Origin: Macrostomum lignano
Taxonomy: Eukaryota
Assembly (NCBI GenBank): GCA_002269645.1
Contig: NIVC01004030.1
Span: forward strand, 1-38,270
Direction: 5' to 3'
DNA: 38,270 bases
Shown here: in pieces, positions 35,090-38,270 of the stretch
Numbering within the stretch: position 1 is the stretch's first letter
Layout: every line of letters starts with the position of its first letter
Program-made: the position numbers and the translations under genes
The notes under the pieces: model-generated
Told to the model about the DNA's origin: nothing
What the model saw: only the letters and a program-made list of their open reading frames with translations
Databases searched by the model: none

Positions 35090-35444
35090 GCTCCGGTCAG
35101 TACCTGAACCTGTCCTCATTCGAGTCAATTCTACGGCTAGGCAACGCCAGTTTAGCTGGGAACGGGTCCGACCCAATTGGCTGCTGCGGCTATTATGCCA
35201 CCGTGATTACATCGGCAAGAAATGCCACGGTGCAGTGGCCAACCTACTGCCTGGGCGGCGGCGGCGGCGGCGGCGGTGGGGGTGGTGGATCAAGCAGCGG
35301 CAGCTCAGGCTCCGAAAGCAGCAGCGGCACCGGAAGTGGCCAGCTAACCAAAGTTGTCCTGGAGGCCGCCATCGTGGCGGGATAGTCAGCTCGGCAGCGC
35401 TTCTGACCGTTTTGGGACTGGTCGTTGCGCTGGTTATTGTGTAA
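35090..35444 (+). CDS. Putative terminal exon 9: Gly/Ser stalk and C-terminal hydrophobic anchor (frameshift at 35379-35381)
   Basis: gcactgcAG|(G)SGQYLNLSSFESILRLGNASLAGNGSDPIGCCGYY..WPTYCLG12SSSGSS..KVVLEAAIVAG. One extra G in the G3 run continues the frame into IVSSAALLTVLGLVVALVIV*. Confidence 0.8.
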
Positions 35445-35962
35445 GAGAAATTGGAGCCTTTGGTCTTGTGTATGATGTGTGCATGGTTCATGTACATGTA
35501 TTTACAGGTACATGTACATGTAGTGCACATGCGAACCACAGAATTTCTTTCCACTAAAAGACGCAGAATCTGTCCTGATCATCTTGTACGAGGCGTGTCC
35601 AAAAGTGAGATTCGAACTCGTTACTTGATCAGCTTCAAATTTGCCTGCGCTGCCTGCATGCATATAGAAGGGCCTTCGGCTGTGTCTTGCCTTAGTCTAT
35701 GACTTATGGGCCACAGATTGCAAAAAGCCAAGCGAATTGATAAGAAGCCACCTACACTGAGAATCAATCGGTTTATACGTTGGCGTACATTGGAACTAAA
35801 ATGGCCGTCCCTCAATGCACTGACCAAACAGTCAGCTGGAGAGAGCTGGAAAAGTACCAGCTGGTCGATTCTCAGTGTAGGTAGCTTTTTATCACTTTGC
35901 TTGGCTTTTGTAGTCTATGGCCCATAGACTACAAGGCAATCCACAGCCAAGGACTTAAATTA

Positions 35963-36328
35963 GGGGGGCCGTAGCCCAGCGGTAGCGCAGCTGCTCTGGT
36001 GTGCCAGCGACCCAGGCTCGATTCCAAGTGCAGTCACATTAATTTGGGGCTGAATTGGAATCTCGGCTTGGCTCTGCTCGTGCAATTAACGGCCTTGAGA
36101 GCCAACCCCCCAAGGCGCAGTGAAGTGTACATGCCTAACGATAATATAAAGTTAGGGCCGCTGTACACTCCTGTGTGAGTGTGTGCCTGCGTACGTATCC
36201 GCGCGCTTGTATGCCTGCTCAGGGGAGTCGGCGGAATGGGCAGTAATGCCTCTCGCCGGTTGTGTGCCTATGTCGCTTAAAGTGCGCCAGGGTGCACACA
36301 ACCCCCCTGCCTCTAATAATACAAAAAT
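35963..36328 (+). mobile_element. tRNA-derived SINE (~370 bp)
   Basis: A box TAGCCCAGCGG (35972), B box GGCTCGATTCC (36015), and an A-rich tail aataatacaaaaataa. Degenerate TSD: aaggacttaaatt (35949) and aaggtctttaatt (36329), 11/13 identical. A related copy lies at about 14.9 kb. Confidence 0.75.
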
Positions 36329-36515
36329 AAGGTCTTTAATTGTTATGCAGGTTTGCGTAAACCTAGGTAAGCGCGAGATATCTACATATGTATGATGTAT
36401 TTATTAAATATATTATTTCTAAATCTGAGTGGATCGATCGATCGATCAACCGGCCGGGTTTAACGCGTATCTTAATCTATATACCGGTAGAACATTGTTT
36501 ACTCGTCACGAGTAG

Positions 36516-36660
36516 AGGGTTTGTAGCCTAGTAGTTATAAAGCGTCGCGGACTCACAATGAAAAGGTCGGGGTTCGATTCTCAGAATAATTGGTCTTTGA
36601 GCAAGACACTTAACTCTGCATTGCTTCAGTTCACCCAAGCTGTGAAATAGGTACCAGCTT
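36516..36660 (+). mobile_element. Second tRNA-derived SINE with a CORE-like segment (3' end undefined)
   Basis: A box TAGCCTAGTAG (36524) and B box GGTTCGATTCT (36571). These are followed by ctttgagcaagacacttaactctgcattgcttcagttcacccaagctgtgaaataggtacc, which resembles the CORE-SINE central domain by recall. Confidence 0.65.
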
Positions 36661-36909
36661 AGCTGAGGTAATCGAGGGCGATGTGGCGAACCCCCGTCCT
36701 TGGACTAAACAGCCGTACGCGGATGCGCGCCGCGCAATAGCTGCGACTGTATATACACATCTACTCATTGGGGCAGGTGTACAGTGTAATAACAAACTCG
36801 AAGACAATTGGTGCTGCAACCGCCGTCGAATGAGGCCAATTACCTGCCTATCGGTCGCTTCACAGTCGCGATCATCACAGTTTTCTAATTTTTTGAGTAC
36901 GAACATTAG

Positions 36910-37200
36910 ATGATCGCCCAATCCTCATTCTGCAGCCCGAAGATCCGAGCAGCCACTTCAGCATCGGTCAGCCCGTCGATCAACAAGAAGCCGGGGGAGG
37001 CGGCGGACCCGGATCCGCAGAGACCAACGACTCCGCCGCCAGAATTTGCCAACGCTGGCGATCAAGGAGGCGAAGCCCCTGGGCAGCAGCAAGACCAGCC
37101 CGCCGTGTTCAATGCGCCCGGACCGCTAATGGGGATGCCATTCATACCGGACTCTGGCAACGACCCGCTGCCTTCGTTTCTATGGAGACCGCCGGTGTAG
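36910..37200. other. GC-rich, exon-like segment of unknown gene and strand
   Basis: A GC island in AT-rich surroundings. There is a + strand ORF of 96 aa with the acceptor-like cattctgcAG at 36934. There is also a plausible minus-strand terminal exon ending ..LLIDGLTDAEVAARIFGLQNEDWAII*. No family was recognised. Confidence 0.3.
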
Positions 37201-37404
37201 CTTAAAGTAGTACCCAATTGACTGATTAAGCTAATTGGAGCTTCTAGGAGAACAGCTTAAAGACCATGCAGTCGGTAATCTGTCCTGGACATCAAGAGTC
37301 GACTAACAATAGCCCTTCGTAGATGCAAGAAAAATTTCTCACCCCCTGTAAAAATCCATATACTAAAAATCCTGGCTAAAAATATCACCAACTGACAGAT
37401 CGAA

Positions 37405-37640
37405 TCCAAAAATCTCACCCTTTAAGAGATCGAAGCCACAAATCTCACCCCTTACAGATCCAAACAAAAATCTCACCCCTTCAGATCCAAGCCACAATCT
37501 CACCCTTACAGATCCAAGCCACAAATCTCACCCTTACAGATCCGAGCCACAAATCCCACCACCTACAGATCCAACCACAAATCTCACCCCTTACAGATCC
37601 GAGCCACAAATCTCACCCCTTACAGACCAAAGCCGCAAAT
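37405..37640. repeat. ~29-bp minisatellite (aaatctcaccccttacagatccgagccac)n
   Basis: About 8 degenerate units. Confidence 0.92.
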
Positions 37641-38270
37641 CGAACTCGTCTGGAGAAAAATGAAGTTATTGACAATGAGTTCCAAATAATTTCAACTACC
37701 AATGACTTCCACCTCAAATATTAGCAAGCAGTGAGTAGATAGCCTGTTGGTTCAAACCCTCCGTGATGTTGCTTGAATTAAAATGTTACTCTATTGGAAT
37801 AAAATATTGCTATAAATATATTATTACTCTTTGTTTTACGATTTGTTGATGCTGATACCCCAAACTTTACACTTAAGCTAGCCGAATAAAAAATATATGT
37901 ATTTCAATATTCTGTGTCAGCAACAATCAGATTTGACAAACAAAAAAGTCACTGCAATTGTTTTAACTAACAAAAACAAAAGTTATAATATAATATCTGA
38001 TTTTCCCGTGCACATTATATCAACATTCCGGACAATTTATATTTGTTAACTATTCGAAATTGAACTCAAAACGTTTTCACCAGCACTGAATAAAGAGCAA
38101 ATAAGACAAGGCTTCGAAATCGATGAGATGGAGTATTGGAGTAATATTTAAGACCGAAACTGGATACAGTAACACCGCAGCAAAGGCTCACTAAGCCGAT
38201 TTAAAGGTACAATAACTGCCAGAGTGCCCGAAAATATTGTAAACTGCTAACTGCTTCAACCGACTCGCAT

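Noticed and set aside
35963-36035. Functional tRNA gene
   Set aside because: It has A and B boxes, but the acceptor and anticodon stems do not pair. It continues into a SINE body and tail.

Overview
This is GC-heterogeneous animal genomic DNA, not prokaryotic: about 70% GC exons are separated by AT-richer introns and intergenic DNA filled with micro- and minisatellites. The style resembles the flatworm Macrostomum, but that is inference only. Three protein-coding loci are supported. (1) WDR17, an intronless minus-strand gene (7669-11708) with a 1-nt frameshift at a G-run. A 5'-truncated, indel-rich duplicate (865-3650) sits upstream, carries the same flanking 66-bp satellite and is fused to a CT microsatellite. 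(2) A two-exon ELK/TCF-subfamily ETS transcription factor gene (+, 25094-25315 and 28239-29909). (3) A 9-exon, phase-consistent model of a signal peptide-CAP-EGF-unknown domain-C-terminal anchor protein (+, 18876-35444, about 520 aa). If this model is right, its 10.5-kb intron 4 contains the whole ETS gene on the same strand. The most striking arrangement is a 20-unit minisatellite ending about 40 bp upstream of the CAP gene ATG. It carries the high-affinity ETS site ACCGGAAGTG in 17 units. Two further ETS-site clusters flank the ETS gene. Together these suggest an untested host-gene/nested-TF regulatory circuit. Two tRNA-derived SINEs, a decayed SINE copy with an internal minisatellite, and about 20 tandem arrays are also present. 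Several frameshifts fall at homopolymer runs, so long-read assembly error must be excluded for some observations.
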